Counted from the first letter of the whole stretch, positions 12,971-28,142 are shown. The stretch: 63,654 nt of DNA, filler included, from Octopus bimaculoides (GCF_001194135.2; 6 parts of 6 records of this genome joined end to end with filler, not necessarily neighbours in it); one strand, 5' to 3'. A program made the numbers and translations. Notes: generated by a model from the sequence alone, not told the origin.

Positions 12971-15156
12971 TACTTTCCCTTTCGTTTTCCTGTTTTATCT
13001 ACCAGTTATTTTTTACTTGATGAAATATTTCTGAATACCGCCTACTATAAATGATGACAGATGTCCTGTATTTAAGTGAAAGACCCAAACATTTCTACAT
13101 ATCATTTTTGTAAAGAAATTCGAAAACAATAATAAATACACACAACGTACAACTTGACAATTAATTGCAGAAAATGTTTATATACATCACTAGCAATTCG
13201 TCAACAGGGAATTGTAGAAAAAAATTGTGAACTATGAAATAAAAATATTGTGGCGAATTCCATGTTTATTTTTAACACTTTACACTGAATAATTAATTTT
13301 CATAAACGCATTTTCCCCTAGTAGAGGTACTTCGCAATGTAAACGCCTGGATTGTCTTCTGAATTGATTAATATATATNNNNNNNNNNNNNNNNNNNNNN
13401 NNNNNNNNNNNNNNNNNNNNNNNNNNNNNNNNNNNNNNNNNNNNNNNNNNNNNNNNNNNNNNNNNNNNNNNNNNNNNNNNNNNNNNNNNNNNNNNNNNNN
13501 NNNNNNNNNNNNNNNNNNNNNNNNNNNNNNNNNNNNNNNNNNNNNNNNNNNNNNNNNNNNNNNNNNNNNNNNNNNNNNNNNNNNNNNNNNNNNNNNNNNN
13601 NNNNNNNNNNNNNNNNNNNNNNNNNNNNNNNNNNNNNNNNNNNNNNNNNNNNNNNNNNNNNNNNNNNNNNNNNNNNNNNNNNNNNNNNNNNNNNNNNNNN
13701 NNNNNNNNNNNNNNNNNNNNNNNNNNNNNNNNNNNNNNNNNNNNNNNNNNNNNNNNNNNNNNNNNNNNNNNNNNNNNNNNNNNNNNNNNNNNNNNNNNNN
13801 NNNNNNNNNNNNNNNNNNNNNNNNNNNNNNNNNNNNNNNNNNNNNNNNNNNNNNNNNNNNNNNNNNNNNNNNNNNNNNNNNNNNNNNNNNNNNNNNNNTA
13901 TATATATGTATGTATGTATGTATATATGTGTGCGTGTATATATGTATGTATGTATAAACAGATATAGATATGCACTTATATATATATATGAAAGGTTTGA
14001 AAATGCAATTTTAAAGATGTTTATACATACATACATACATACATACATGCATACATACATATATACGCAGAATCATATACATTTGCAGAAGGCTTTTTCT
14101 TATGCGTATGCACCTGTGAGTGTCCCTTTCTCTACGTAAATCATTACCAGCATTTAAACAATTACCTTCGCTGCTGACAAAAGTAATATAGTTTATACGA
14201 TTAATATAAAATTCAATATACTAATATCCGTTTTAGTATTAATTGGATCGTACAAGTTCAAAGGAAATATTCTTTTTTCATGTAATATGTCTAGAGATAT
14301 TCGTTTAGCGAAAGTTGTTAATCTGCATTCGCGACGCGACACTATGGGTAAAAGTCGATTCACCATTGCAAAAGAAATTCGAATTACACATTGATATACC
14401 ATGTAAATATTTACGTCTACTTATAGCTATTAACATATCGATACAGTATGTAATTTGAGAGTTAAATGGATTGGCCATTGGCACAGTGCTGTGCCACTAT
14501 ATTTCATTCAATATATTTCTTTCAAATACAGCGAATAAATTAATATTCCACTCACATTATCAATTGCTTAGATTCTCAAAGTTTTTGTTGTCAACATCAA
14601 ACTTCTATCACTCATAAGAAAAATACGCAGTAATACTGAAATCCATTATCGTTTCCATTCACAAGAAACTAAACATCATAATATAGCAACTGCAATTATT
14701 CAAATAATTATTACTAAGGTAAATAGCAAAGCAGACAGCTCCTTTTCACCTTCAAACAGTTTTAATAATTCTATGACGAGTTATTAGAAAGAGTATAAAC
14801 GCATAATATTAATATTTTTCAATATGATCCTCAATGGTGTTTTCAAAAAAAGAAGTTCAGTGGTAAATCAAAGTCTACTTTCTACTTGCATAGATACAAA
14901 ACATAGAGGCATACAGCTTTACATATAACTTCTCCAGCAATGTATGCATGCATGTGTGTATGTATGCCTGTCTGTATGCATATGTATGCAGGCGTGTATA
15001 TATATATATGTATGTGTATTTTTTTTTATTTATGTGTTTCAGCCAAGTGGCTGCGGTCATGCTGGTGCACCACCGTGATGTATATATAATTCATGTATAT
15101 ATGTATATGTATATATATATGTGTATATTGATATATATATTATGTATGTATATATG

Positions 15157-15228
<72 letters not shown>

Positions 15229-15397
15229 NNNNNNNNNNNNNNNNNNNNNNNNNNNNNNNNNNNNNNNNNNNNNNNNNNNNNNNNNNNNNNNNNNNNNNNN
15301 NNNNNNNNNNNNNNNNNNNNNNNNNNNNNNNNNNNNNNNNNNNNNNNNNNNNNNNNNNNNNNNNNNNNNNNNNNNNNNNNNNNNNNNNNNNNNNNNN

Positions 15398-15442
<45 letters not shown>

Positions 15443-15445
15443 GTA

Positions 15446-15931
15446 TATAATTTTGAGAAAAAACACTATTAAATAATTGAATAATGAAGAATATAATTCA
15501 TACCCTCCCAAAAATAAATATATCATAAACACATTATTCTAAAAATACAATAAAGTACATAAAAAATAAGTAGTAAGTGGTATAAGAATGACTACGCACG
15601 TTTCGTGGCTATATTCTCAAAGAGATAACTAATAAGACCAAATTGATTATTAATAATATACCTGACGAGTGACTATATTTTTGAATAGATTTGATTATAC
15701 ATCGATTCGATTATTTATCGAATTAATAATCGAATTGGTTTTATTAGTTATCTATTTGGAAATATAGCTACGAAACGGGCGTATTCATTCTTATGCCATT
15801 TAATATTTATTTTTTTATGTACTTTATTGTATTTTTAGAATAAAGTGTTTATGATATATTTATTTTCGGGAGGGTATGAATTATATTCTTCATTATTGAA
15901 TTATTTTATAGTGGTTTTTCTCTAAATTATA
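15446..15931. repeat. Head-to-head inverted repeat, arms about 210 bp (15446-15654, 15722-15931); PLE pseudo-LTR-like
   Basis: Arms are reverse complements at roughly 85-90% by eye. Confidence 0.9.
15657..15787 (+). ncRNA. Type-I hammerhead-like motif with long stem II
   Basis: CUGACGA 15662-15668, long stem II, GAAAC 15772-15776, gggc, GUA. Stem I is weak in this copy. Confidence 0.55.
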
Positions 15932-15980
15932 GGCATGTATTATATATTGAGAAACTTGATTTAGTTTTGCTAAATTGATA

Positions 15981-16135
<155 letters not shown>

Positions 16136-17051
16136 TTAGATATATATATATGGATGAATTGATATAAGTATATATATATGCTAGGCGAAATGGCAAATAT
16201 TTTTTCTATTTTCTGAGTTCAAATCTTGCTTTCCTTCCTTCTGTGACCTATAAAGATCACACCACTCCATTCATCGTATCATATGTATGGGTGTGCACGT
16301 GAGTGTATGTGTGTGTGTATGCGTGTGCAGCGGCATCATTAATATATATGCCATATATGGACCATTTCTATATCTAGTGGCGTCTATTATTCCGTTTTTA
16401 CTTATCAGATTTGTCACCTTACGGAATAGTAGACGCTAACCAAAAAATCATTAAAAAAAAACACATCAGAAGGGCAGAATTCAAATCGAAGAATGAATAA
16501 GTATTTATTTGAACTTTGGGTGTATGTCTAGTATATACCAATTAGAGCACTTTCACCGTTTAGGCTACCTGATGTCATCCACAGTTATGATATATTTGTC
16601 ACTGGATCTATATCTGGAATTCTGCAGTTTTCGTTGAGTTTATAATGTGTAAGAGAAATAGAAAATACATTGTGAATTTATCTTTATTCAACAAAACGTT
16701 CGTTTCGCTCTGTTCTGCATTTGTCCCTTACGGGTGCGATATTGTACGGCTAATTATGTTGCATCCATCAATGTAAATTTTGTTTCGTCAGGTGTCTCGT
16801 TTGAATAAAACATCTCACTACATATACTGAGTTTCGCTTGGCATGTTGTGACCACCTAAAATATGTTGGCTACAATGACAGTAGATGGAAATGATTTCGA
16901 TGTTATAACTTGTAGATGGGTTTGGATATAGTTCACAGTCAATACCTGACAAATTAAAATAATAAAATATAGAGAATAAAACATGACAAAAGATATGAAT
17001 TGAAAGATAAAATGAGGATTGGTATACACCTGTTCACATGAACTCATATAT

Positions 17052-17204
17052 TGTATAAGTTGGAATTACATAGATAGTTAGAACGAACTACATGGATAAA
17101 CAGTCTACAAGTGTACATATAACATTCGACAATAATCTCGATACATACTGTGTAAGTTGGAATTATATAGATAGTTAGTACGTACTACATGGATATACAG
17201 TCTA
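17052..17204. repeat. 56-bp direct repeat, period 97 (17052-17107, 17149-17204)
   Basis: Direct reading; lies 3' of the PLE at 17505-18075. Confidence 0.85.
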
Positions 17205-17504
17205 GGATGTTGTCTGTCTATATAAGTTACTGAGATAAAAAGGTCTCAGGCCTATAATATACAATGTATAGAACATATCATATACCATGGTGGGATTTAT
17301 CCAGTCTTTTTCCATGCGTACGTAGGTATGTTTTCGCACCAAAATCAATTTTAAAGACAAACACATCTATATGCAGGACAATGTACAGGCAGATTTAATT
17401 TTCATGTTAAAGAATATAGCGGGTCCATTTTGTTAATAGGTGGGGTAAGTTGCAAAGTAGTATCGTTGGATGTTTTCACTTGGAGACAGTTTAAGTCATC
17501 TAAT

Positions 17505-18075
17505 TCTTATGTTTTCTGTAATTGATATGCAATAATTATGTACTCAGCCTATCGTATTGCGCAGATATGCGTTTGTTTCCGTGTATACATTTTATCAACT
17601 GTTCTGAAAATCTATTAATAATCCTATCATTGGTCAACGATATGCATAACGATTCCTTGGAAAATAGTTGACATTTCTTGGAAAAAGTGTTATAGGAACT
17701 CGCAAGCCTTATTATTGACGAAGTCAAGCCATATTTAATCTCCTTGTCTTTCGTTTTCCAGACGAAATCCGCCAGTGATGTTAAGTATTTTCTGTTTACA
17801 TTTTTGAAGTTGGGGATGTGGTTTCTTTATAGATTTTTCAAAATATCTACAGATGCGCCCCCTCTGGTGTTCATGATGCATTTATACATTACATTGCGAC
17901 TCGTACAGAGGTTCTGCAGAGGACAATTTGTTTTGTCTCTGCATGAGTATCTGTGTGCACTGCCTGTAGCTTTCACCCCTGTGAAACTTATTTTTCTTTT
18001 TCCTATAGTTGAACGAAGAAAAGTTATTATAAAATCTAGCATTATAATCAGGTGCACAGCCGCCTATATAATAGT
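17505..18075 (-). mobile_element. Penelope-like GIY-YIG endonuclease remnants
   Basis: SCRDKTNCPLQNLCTSRNVMYKC...RNH...FVWKTKD...YNTFSKKCQL...CIH, plus an upstream YIGGCAPDYNARFYNNFSSF. Confidence 0.75.
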
Positions 18076-18347
18076 AAGTATATTACCTTGTTGTTGCTAA
18101 TTACTGTCGGATCTTAGTGGATCAACTATGGGATCAATTAAGGTGAAAGTTTTGTGCGCAACAGAATTTTGAAATTTGCCAAGGCTATAAGAAGCGATCG
18201 TACACTGATCAAATAATGTATAAATCTGCAGTTTTTGCGTCCTTCTACTATACTCTGTGACCTTATGCTAAATGTATTTGGTATTTAAACTCTGGATTTA
18301 CGAAGATAAGCACATATTTATGTGTGTGTGTGTGTCTTTCATCTTTT

Positions 18348-18423
<76 letters not shown>

Positions 18424-18431
18424 CATCAGTT

Positions 18432-18650
18432 ATCTCTTATTTGTTTCAGTCATCAGATTGTGGCCATGCTGGGTCACCGTCTTAAATAATTTTAGCCGAA
18501 TGTATCGATCCCAGTACTTATTTTCTTCAAGCCTGGTACATATTAATAAACTCGCTTTTGCCGAATCGCTAAGTTACGGGGACGTAAATACACAACCACC
18601 ATTTGTCAAGCGCTGGTGGGGAAGACAAACTTAGTCACAAAGACAACACA
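18432..18650 (-). mobile_element. SINE family 1, 3' part
   Basis: Matches in-window copies. Confidence 0.8.
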
Positions 18651-20642
18651 CACACACATATATATATGCACACATAGGTATGTATGTATATATATATTTA
18701 TATATATAACTGCATTTATCTATCAATATATATATAAGTGTGTGTGCGTGTGTGTGTGAGTGTATGTATGCGTGAGTGTGTGTCTTTTTATGTGTTTATG
18801 TGCGTGTGCGAATGTGTATGGACTCAAACCATAAAGAGAAAAAGAACTAAAATTCCAGGTGAATATCCTTATAAAAACTCTGTAGTTGTGAAACATGGCC
18901 AACTAAATTATCGTGTCAATTGTCCAGGTGGCAGCAGAATGAAACTTTACAGCCTACATGTATTACAATGCCTTTCGCTGGAGAATTTAGTTATTTAAGT
19001 TTGGTCTCTATCGACTGCCTATAAAGTATTCATCAAGACTTCTAATCGCTTTTCCCTCTATGTTTTGACTTCTCACTATACTGCTACTCGTAGAAACACA
19101 CGCATTCATGCACATATATATAGCTATATATACACGCATATGTGTATATATAGTTAAATATACACGCATATATATAGCTATATATACACGCATATGTCTG
19201 TACATACACTTTTTTCAGATATGAATTACAAGCAGCTCGAGGTATACAAACAAAATAGAACACACATACACAGTGTATGTGCGTTGTTAGTTTGTTGGTC
19301 GGCTTCCGTTTTTAGTCGTAAGAAAATATATTCTCTATGTGCCTGGTGTAAAAAACACTTGAAGATGTCACAGTCAATCGAGGCACCTTACATCAGGTCC
19401 TCATATATATATATAATACATGCTTTTGTTGTTTATACCACCTGTCCTCGTCTGTTGCTGTTTGTTTTCGTACATTCTCCCATATATATATATATATATA
19501 CACACGCACATCCACACATATACACACACACGCACACACCCACATACACACACACTTCTCACCAACACTACACACTCACACAGACACGCATACAATCATA
19601 CACACATGGGCATAAACAACACACGCATATACAATAGCAAACGCACGCACACACACGTACACAGCAACGCACATACACACAACATACACATACACACAAA
19701 CACACACGCACGCACAGAAAACATACACATACACACNNNNNNNNNNNNNNNNNNNNNNNNNNNNNNNNNNNNNNNNNNNNNNNNNNNNNNNNNNNNNNNN
19801 NNNNNNNNNNNNNNNNNNNNNNNNNNNNNNNNNNNNNNNNNNNNNNNNNNNNNNNNNNNNNNNNNNNNNNNNNNNNNNNNNNNNNNNNNNNNNNNNNNNN
19901 NNNNNNNNNNNNNNNNNNNNNNNNNNNNNNNNNNNNNNNNNNNNNNNNNNNNNNNNNNNNNNNNNNNNNNNNNNNNNNNNNNNNNNNNNNNNNNNNNNNN
20001 NNNNNNNNNNNNNNNNNNNNNNNNNNNNNNNNNNNNNNNNNNNNNNNNNNNNNNNNNNNNNNNNNNNNNNNNNNNNNNNNNNNNNNNNNNNNNNNNNNNN
20101 NNNNNNNNNNNNNNNNNNNNNNNNNNNNNNNNNNNNNNNNNNNNNNNNNNNNNNNNNNNNNNNNNNNNNNNNNNNNNNNNNNNNNNNNNNNNNNNNNNNN
20201 NNNNNNNNNNNNNNNNNNNNNNNNNNNNNNNNNNNNNNNNNNNNNNNNNNNNNNNNNNNNNNNNNNNNNNNNNNNNNNNNNNNNNNNNNNNNNNNNNNNN
20301 NNNNNNNNNNNNNNNNNNNNNNNNNNNNNNNNNNNNNNNNNNNNNNNNNNNNNNNNNNNNNNNNNNNNNNNNNNNNNNNNNNNNNNNNNNNNNNNNNNNN
20401 NNNNNNNNNNNNNNNNNNNNNNNNNNNNNNNNNNNNNNNNNNNNNNNNNNNNNNNNNNNNNNNNNNNNNNNNNNNNNNNNNNNNNNNNNNNNNNNNNNNN
20501 NNNNNNNNNNNNNNNNNNNNNNNNNNNNNNNNNNNNNNNNNNNNNNNNNNNNNNNNNNNNNNNNNNNNNNNNNNNNNNNNNNNTATATAATGTGTGTGTG
20601 TGTATGTATATGTATATATATACACACAGGCATACATATATG

Positions 20643-20723
<81 letters not shown>

Positions 20724-21299
20724 GTGTGTGTATCATCGATTGACATAAATATAATGTACCAATCAATAACTACTCATAAGCAAACAAAATCACTAACATC
20801 AGGAATAACGACAGACATTTAAAAATAAGGTTACATTTATTTAAATTAAATGAGAATTCTCCTCAGCAGATATAGAGGGTGGACTAGAATACCATCCCCG
20901 CCTCTAGACACATAATATTCCAAATGAATACACCTTAGAGCAATACATACAGTTACCCAGAACACGTATTGCTAAAGAATAATGTCAATCGGCAAACAAA
21001 ACAAATAGACAACATTACCAAAGAATAAACACTAGAGAAATGTAGTTTAAAGTGATCTATGTATTTTGCATCGGTTCTGAGAAGTCTAATACACCCCGCC
21101 AAACAAAAAAATCAAAAAACAAAATGTATCAGCAAAGTCATAAAAAAAACTAATCAAATTATGTACAAATGAGGTTCCATTTAGCTGTTCATTTGGCAAT
21201 TCATATATCTAAATGATTAAGAATGGGTTCCCGCTTAGGATTTACGCTTGTGGCATTTACCTATTCACAACAGCCAACAAAATAATACCAAAATATAAA

Positions 21300-21870
21300 C
21301 ATGTAATATACATTAGATGTATAGATGATATACAAGTGTAACTGGGCACATTAAATGATGTTAAAAATCTCTTAAATGACTTAGAAAATAATTCCCTACT
21401 AAAATATTTAACATACCGATTATACAAATCAGACTCTGTAAACATACAAATCGAAAGACAGACGCATTACACTGTTATACAGCAAAAAATGATTTAAATG
21501 CCAATACCTACTCAGAGAGAGTGAATACTCCGGCAACTATGAGACAAGTGTCAATGACAAAATCATTTAAATTCTTATCCATAAAAAATTTAACGAGAAA
21601 AAAAATAATCCACAAAATAAAACAAATATGAATTAGCAATGTATATTCAAATGTGCTTTACAGGGATCAATACCAACTTATATGTCAAAGTACAACAAAT
21701 ATATCAGAGAGTACACTACTGAAAGATACAAAAATCAAGCAGAATTTATATGAAACAAATGAATAATCACTATGGAAAACAAGAATTCATCTTCAAAACT
21801 TCCTAAAGCGAAACACAAAACGCATCATACCCGACCATAAACTAAAACTAAACAATTCCTTTATCAGAAT
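21300..21870 (+). mobile_element. Highly decayed CR1/L2-group LINE C-terminal region
   Basis: IQV*LGTLNDVKNLL...IFNIP and CFTG.IPTYMS...NNHYGKQEF loosely match post-RT motifs. Confidence 0.3.
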
Positions 21871-23527
21871 ATATTCACTGAGGATATATGTTTATAATAA
21901 ATAGCATTCATGCTAATATATTTTCGTTCTACATAAATAAGAGCATTTGCTTTTTTCGTGTTTTCTTCCGATTTCAGTATGTACAATTCATGATAAACAG
22001 ACGCTTCGTATAATAATCCGCAATTTCTTCCATTTTATATTTATAGAAACCAGAAAATTGTACTAATATTATTGAAATGTATTGTGTTGAAATACTTTTT
22101 ACTAAAATATTACAAAGATAAGTATCAAAAGCTTAGAAACTTCAACATTTGTTACTTTTGTGGAAACCTAATATTTTTAATTTTCCTTATCGAACGTTAT
22201 TTTGTAATATTTTTTTTATAACAAAATCTATATAATATACAATTGATAACAATATATTTATGTATATATGATATATATGTATATACAAAGTATCAAGGTA
22301 CTGTTTCCTGTGCGTGTGAAGAAAACCATTGACATATGTAGTGAAGGGGAAATATTTAAATCTTGTATTATGATAAATGCAAAGAATACAACTGACAGCG
22401 ACAAAATGTAAAATTTTATTGAAAGTTATTTAGAACATGTTCACACGAAAATTAATTCATTATATGTGTAGTGATCCTCGGAAAATCTCAGCATAATATG
22501 CACCTACAAATTGTATAAAGTCATGTAAACGTAAGCCTGATAAAGTTCGCAATAAGGCTATCATATTAGTATTTTCGCTAAACATAGGAGAACCTAGGAT
22601 ATAAGATTTTAAGTGCGTGCTAACAAAAATCACTTCGTCCGCTTAACTATCTTTATGAAAAGACAACAGGCTAACACGTCTTATAATAATCAAAATGCAT
22701 ATTTACGCATTAGTCTCTACCACTTTTTTGTATCACCTATTTCATATCACTTCTGCACAAAACATTCATTACTCACTACAATGTAACAGAAATTCTATAT
22801 CCTTATCGCAGTTTAAAGTCTTCAGTTATTAACTATATTTTTAAATGATCAGTTACATTTTAACTCTGCACTGCGTGGAAAAATTTCGTGTAGTATGGAC
22901 GATAGAAAATGTTACATTTGCTAGACATGACTCAACAATGATTCAGCTCATTCATCTCCATAAGATTACACTTTATGTCTTTGACAAAATTTAGAAGGGA
23001 TTTCCATTCTGTAAACAAAGTATGTTAAACATTCTTTAAACTAAAATTTCAAATATTTACTAATCCACTACCTTTACATTATAAGTTATAATTAAATACA
23101 TTAAATAGTGATAATAACCAAGTAGATTTCCAGTTTCAGAAACTTGTTCAAAATTTTGTTGTAAACATTCAGTTATTTTACATCATATTTCTCAGAATAA
23201 CGTTCTTATGACATCTATATGCATATTTGAATATATGTGATATATATGTAAATGCATAAGTATATATATATATATATATATATATAGGCATATAGGAATA
23301 TATATGTGTATATATATANNNNNNNNNNNNNNNNNNNNNNNNNNNNNNNNNNNNNNNNNNNNNNNNNNNNNNNNNNNNNNNNNNNNNNNNNNNNNNNNNN
23401 NNNNNNNNNNNNNNNNNNNNNNNNNNNNNNNNNNNNNNNNNNNNNNNNNNNNNNNNNNNNNNNNNNNNNNNNNNNNNNNNNNNNNNNNNNNNNNNNNNNN
23501 NNNNNNNNNNNNNNNNNNNNNNNNNNN

Positions 23528-23570
<43 letters not shown>

Positions 23571-24029
23571 CGTCAGATGTAGGGGAATACAATTTCTTTT
23601 ATTAATTATTACTTCTAAGTGATTTCTTTCTATTTAAAGGTAATTTATCAAAGATGCTGCGCTCATTAGGTCTTTTTGCTTTATATATGTATAGGAAGAA
23701 TGTTATATATTTGTGGAAAAAATATCGAAGATGTTAATAATACAGCTATTTTTAGTAGATTGTTCTGCTCTGCTTTGGGAGTTGGATGAAGAATATCTGA
23801 CTCCCTCTGTTGTTTTGAATCTATATGTATGAAAGTGTTCTGAATGGTTAAAGAAAAGGTATCCAGCGAATGTTTTGAGGGGCATGCATTTGGTCAGAGC
23901 TTACGTCCATGTCACAATGTTTCGTCAATGTCATATATGTGTCAAAACATGTCTTCACCACTCAATTTACTTTTACCAGCTAGAATATTCTGTGTGTTTG
24001 CGTAAACAAAGACGTTGTGCGAAGTTTGC

Positions 24030-24270
24030 AAAAAACATTGTGCGGAACCACATGGTTCCGAGTTCAGTCCCACTGAACTTTTGGTCGCAAATGAAAGAAG
24101 CCCGTTATACATACGTTTATATGTGTATGTGTGAGGTGTCTGTCTGTGTGTACGAGTGTGTGTGCATGTGTCTTTATGATTGTGTTTGTCCTTTATTGCA
24201 ACTGGTGGTAGGACATAACCTGTTTGAGTTTCTATAGCAAGCATGAATAAGATAGGACAAAATTAAAGGC
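24030..24270 (+). mobile_element. SINE family 1, deleted copy
   Basis: aaccacatggttccgagttcagtcccactg...gaaagaagcccg. Confidence 0.7.
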
Positions 24271-24329
24271 AACACCAAGGTTAGCCCCACTCAGATTTAT
24301 AAATTGTGTTAATAACTGGAAGATGCAGA

Positions 24330-24600
24330 TAAATCTGGAGAAAGTGCTCGTTTTGATATATTCTGACTTGACCGATAAGTTTTGATTCCAGAATTGATTT
24401 TGTGGGAAGTCGACATAGAGTTAGTTAATAAAAGAATTAGACAAGCTTACGAAAGACTTAAGGAATAGTGTGAGGCACAAAGATTGCATGGAATGATGCT
24501 TCCAGTAGAAATGAGTGCCAGTCGATTATAACTAGAACTCAGCTGGTTTTGAAGTTGAGAATGATGGCAGAACAAGGACTAACGAACATAAGGAAGTCGA
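24330..24600 (+). mobile_element. Decayed HERO-like RLE retrotransposon C-terminus
   Basis: ELILWEVDIELVNKRIRQAYERLKE*CEAQRLHGMMLPVEM resembles ELTVPWE.NIE.A.ERK..KY..L...C...GW...PVEVG. Confidence 0.45.
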
Positions 24601-25194
24601 AAATATTTTGCCATGTACATGTTAGCATTGCGTGAAATGAATGGTCAAGCTGAAATAAAATGCAAATTATTCACAAGTGTAATAAAACAAACTTGCTGTT
24701 GCGACACTGGAGTTATTACATCTGTGGAGACCGCATGAATAAAAGCGGGAAGAAATGAGAAAAACACTTTGAGTCAGAAGAATCCTGATATGCACAGGTC
24801 GCAACACCGGTAAATCATTGTGATTCTAATCCACATCCGATCAACGTAGTGAACACTGCAAAAGATATATGCGTATAGCTTTGCTATTTTGAAAATAGCA
24901 AAAACAACAACAACAAAAATGCTGTCTTCAGATTCACCTGATGCTCCATCCATATCTCATTTGATAGTCTATCCAATAAAACAATTTGATAAATCCTTCA
25001 TTCAAGAACTGCAGTAATTTATGATTCACTCCCTGCACATCATTTCTTAAAAGGAATCAGCTTAACTCCATCGACATCTCCTCTCTCAGAGAATTTGTAA
25101 AAGTCGTGAGTTCCTCCCTGATTTCATAACAATGAAAAACATTATAAACATAGGTAACAAGGATAATGTTTAATGAAATTAATTTAAGACAATG

Positions 25195-25587
<393 letters not shown>

Positions 25588-25614
25588 TTGTTGTTGTTGT
25601 TGTTGTTGTTATTA

Positions 25615-25685
<71 letters not shown>

Positions 25686-26360
25686 TTCGGTTGTAAAGAT
25701 GTTAATATGTGTACACACATTTGATATATTTGCATTCATTTTGTAGTTAAATGTGCTATTTTGTGTTACATAAAGAATTTCATAAAGCAAATAATTGACA
25801 GAGCTGTTGGATCACCTGATAGAATATTTGCCATATTCCGTTGTGGTCTGTATTCTGCTGAAATCCAATCAACTTAATCCTTTTACTTTTCAGGATCGAT
25901 AAAAGTTGCCTTAGCTCAGTTTGGTGAATTGGCTAAAATTCTGGAGCCTTCGATATGTGGTGGATTATATGTTGCGGCTGTCTAAGCTTTAACAATCACA
26001 CCTGTCACGGTCAAGCAGTAAAAGACTTGAGTATCCTATGGGTATCATAGCTGTTGTGGGTAACGTGCTGATCCTTCATTAAAAATATTGCTCGTGTTTA
26101 TGTCTTAGAGAGAAACGTTCACAAGTCAGATTCCTGATACAAGAAAGATAGAGGTGCCAGATAGTTTCGTTTTTTAAAAATATATTTATAGCTTACGGTT
26201 CTCGGATATTCATGATATAAAGAAAAATATCTTATAAAACTTTTTTATATTAGCAAAGAGTTTTCTTCACTGCAAATATCTGTAGATATTTATCGATCTA
26301 ATTATAACTCTTTCTATCGATATACTTAACTAGCAGCGTTTGCATATATATTCACATACC

Positions 26361-26400
<40 letters not shown>

Positions 26401-27624
26401 NNNNNNNNNNNNNNNNNNNNNNNNNNNNNNNNNNNNNNNNNNNNNNNNNNNNNNNNNNNNNNNNNNNNNNNNNNNNNNNNNNNNNNNNNNNNNNNNNNNN
26501 NNNTATATATACATACATATACGGATAAAGACAGACAGATAGATATGGAGAATGGAAAGGCAGAATCGGTAGACCGAATGAAAAAGCATCTCGTTGTAAT
26601 TGGTTACGTATTCTAACGTTTTTAATTCAAAGTTGCCTTTTATCTCAGGTCGATAGGCCGATAAGACAAGAACATGAGTCGATGTAATCGACTATATCAT
26701 ATGAAGCAGTGCATTAGCATAGCCAGAGTCAAATGACTGAGACGTGCAAAAAATAATTAAAAGAAATATAAAATTTTACTCATATACATAGACATATATA
26801 TGTATATATACATATTCATGTATGTGTGCGTGTGTGTGTGCGTGTGCGCGCGCGTGTGCATGCGTGTATAAGTATATACAGGGAAAGAAAGAGAGCGAGA
26901 GAGAGAGTGGGTGAAAGAGTAAGAGGGAGAGGAAGACGATGGATTCATATTGACATAAATTTTAATAAAGCCAGAAAGTACTCAATAATCCGAGAGTGGA
27001 ATAACATTTGCTCTTATACGGGGATGCGTCAGTCACTACTTATTTTCCGTTGTCCATCATGAAACGTCTTCAATCTCTGTACTTTAATTTTTTTCTCTCA
27101 AAATACATAGAAAAAGAGAGTGTTATTTCACTCGGCTGACTTATGAAGAGAATCTGAGTGCAGCCAGTAGGTTAACTGTGCGCGAATGAGTAAAATAGAT
27201 GAAACAATTCTGGTAAGAGAATTGACGAGTAATATAAAGGACAGATTTTCAAGGTACAACATAATGTGAGAAAATAAATCAAAGTGGGTAAGAAAATAGA
27301 AAGAAGAGGATACTGTAATATAATGGAAAATGTGAGCAGAGAAAATGAAAGATAGAAAAGGAGAAAATAAAAAAATGAACTAAAGATAATAATTGAGAAG
27401 GATACTAATATATAGACGACATCGACTGATGAACCGTGTAAGAAGAGAGAAAAAGACAAATGTCTATACGAAAATGAGGATAGTATCCATTGAAATTTAA
27501 AGTATTTCGGATGAAATATAAAATATAAAATGTAACGTTATTCGATTTATATTGCAAATTATTGATGTTTCAAAATGGTAGGTCAAACTATAAATACAAA
27601 TGTCAATGTATATATGTATATACA

Positions 27625-27822
27625 CTCTTTTACTTGTTTCAGTTTGACTGCGGCCATGCTGGAGCACCGCCTTTAGTCGAGTAAATCGACCCCTGGACTT
27701 ATTCTTTGTAAGCCTAGTACTTATTCTATCGGTCTCTTTTGCCGAACCGCTAAGTTACGGGGACGTAAAAACACCACCATCGGATGTCAAGCGATGTTTG
27801 GAGAACAAACACAGACACACAA

Positions 27823-27867
<45 letters not shown>

Positions 27868-28142
27868 ATNNNNNNNNNNNNNNNNNNNNNNNNNNNNNNN
27901 NNNNNNNNNNNNNNNNNNNNNNNNNNNNNNNNNNNNNNNNNNNNNNNNNNNNNNNNNNNNNNNNNNNNNNNNNNNNNNNNNNNNNNNNNNNNNNNNNNNN
28001 NNNNNNNNATATATATATATATATATACGACAGGTTTCTTTCAGTTTCCATCTACCACATCCACTCACAAGGCTTTGGTAGGCCCGAGGCTATAGTAGAA
28101 GACACTTGCCCAAGTTGCCACGCAGTGGGAATGAACCCGGAA
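27625..28142 (-). mobile_element. SINE family 1, near full length (internal gap)
   Basis: Close match to 61585-61953. Confidence 0.9.

Noticed and set aside
16690-16845. Scattered CUGACGA and GAAAC words on the minus strand
   Set aside because: No stem II or stem I pairing.
23690-23826. Possible AG..GT exon EECYIFVEK...VVLNLY
   Set aside because: No recognisable family, weak splice context and no partner exons.
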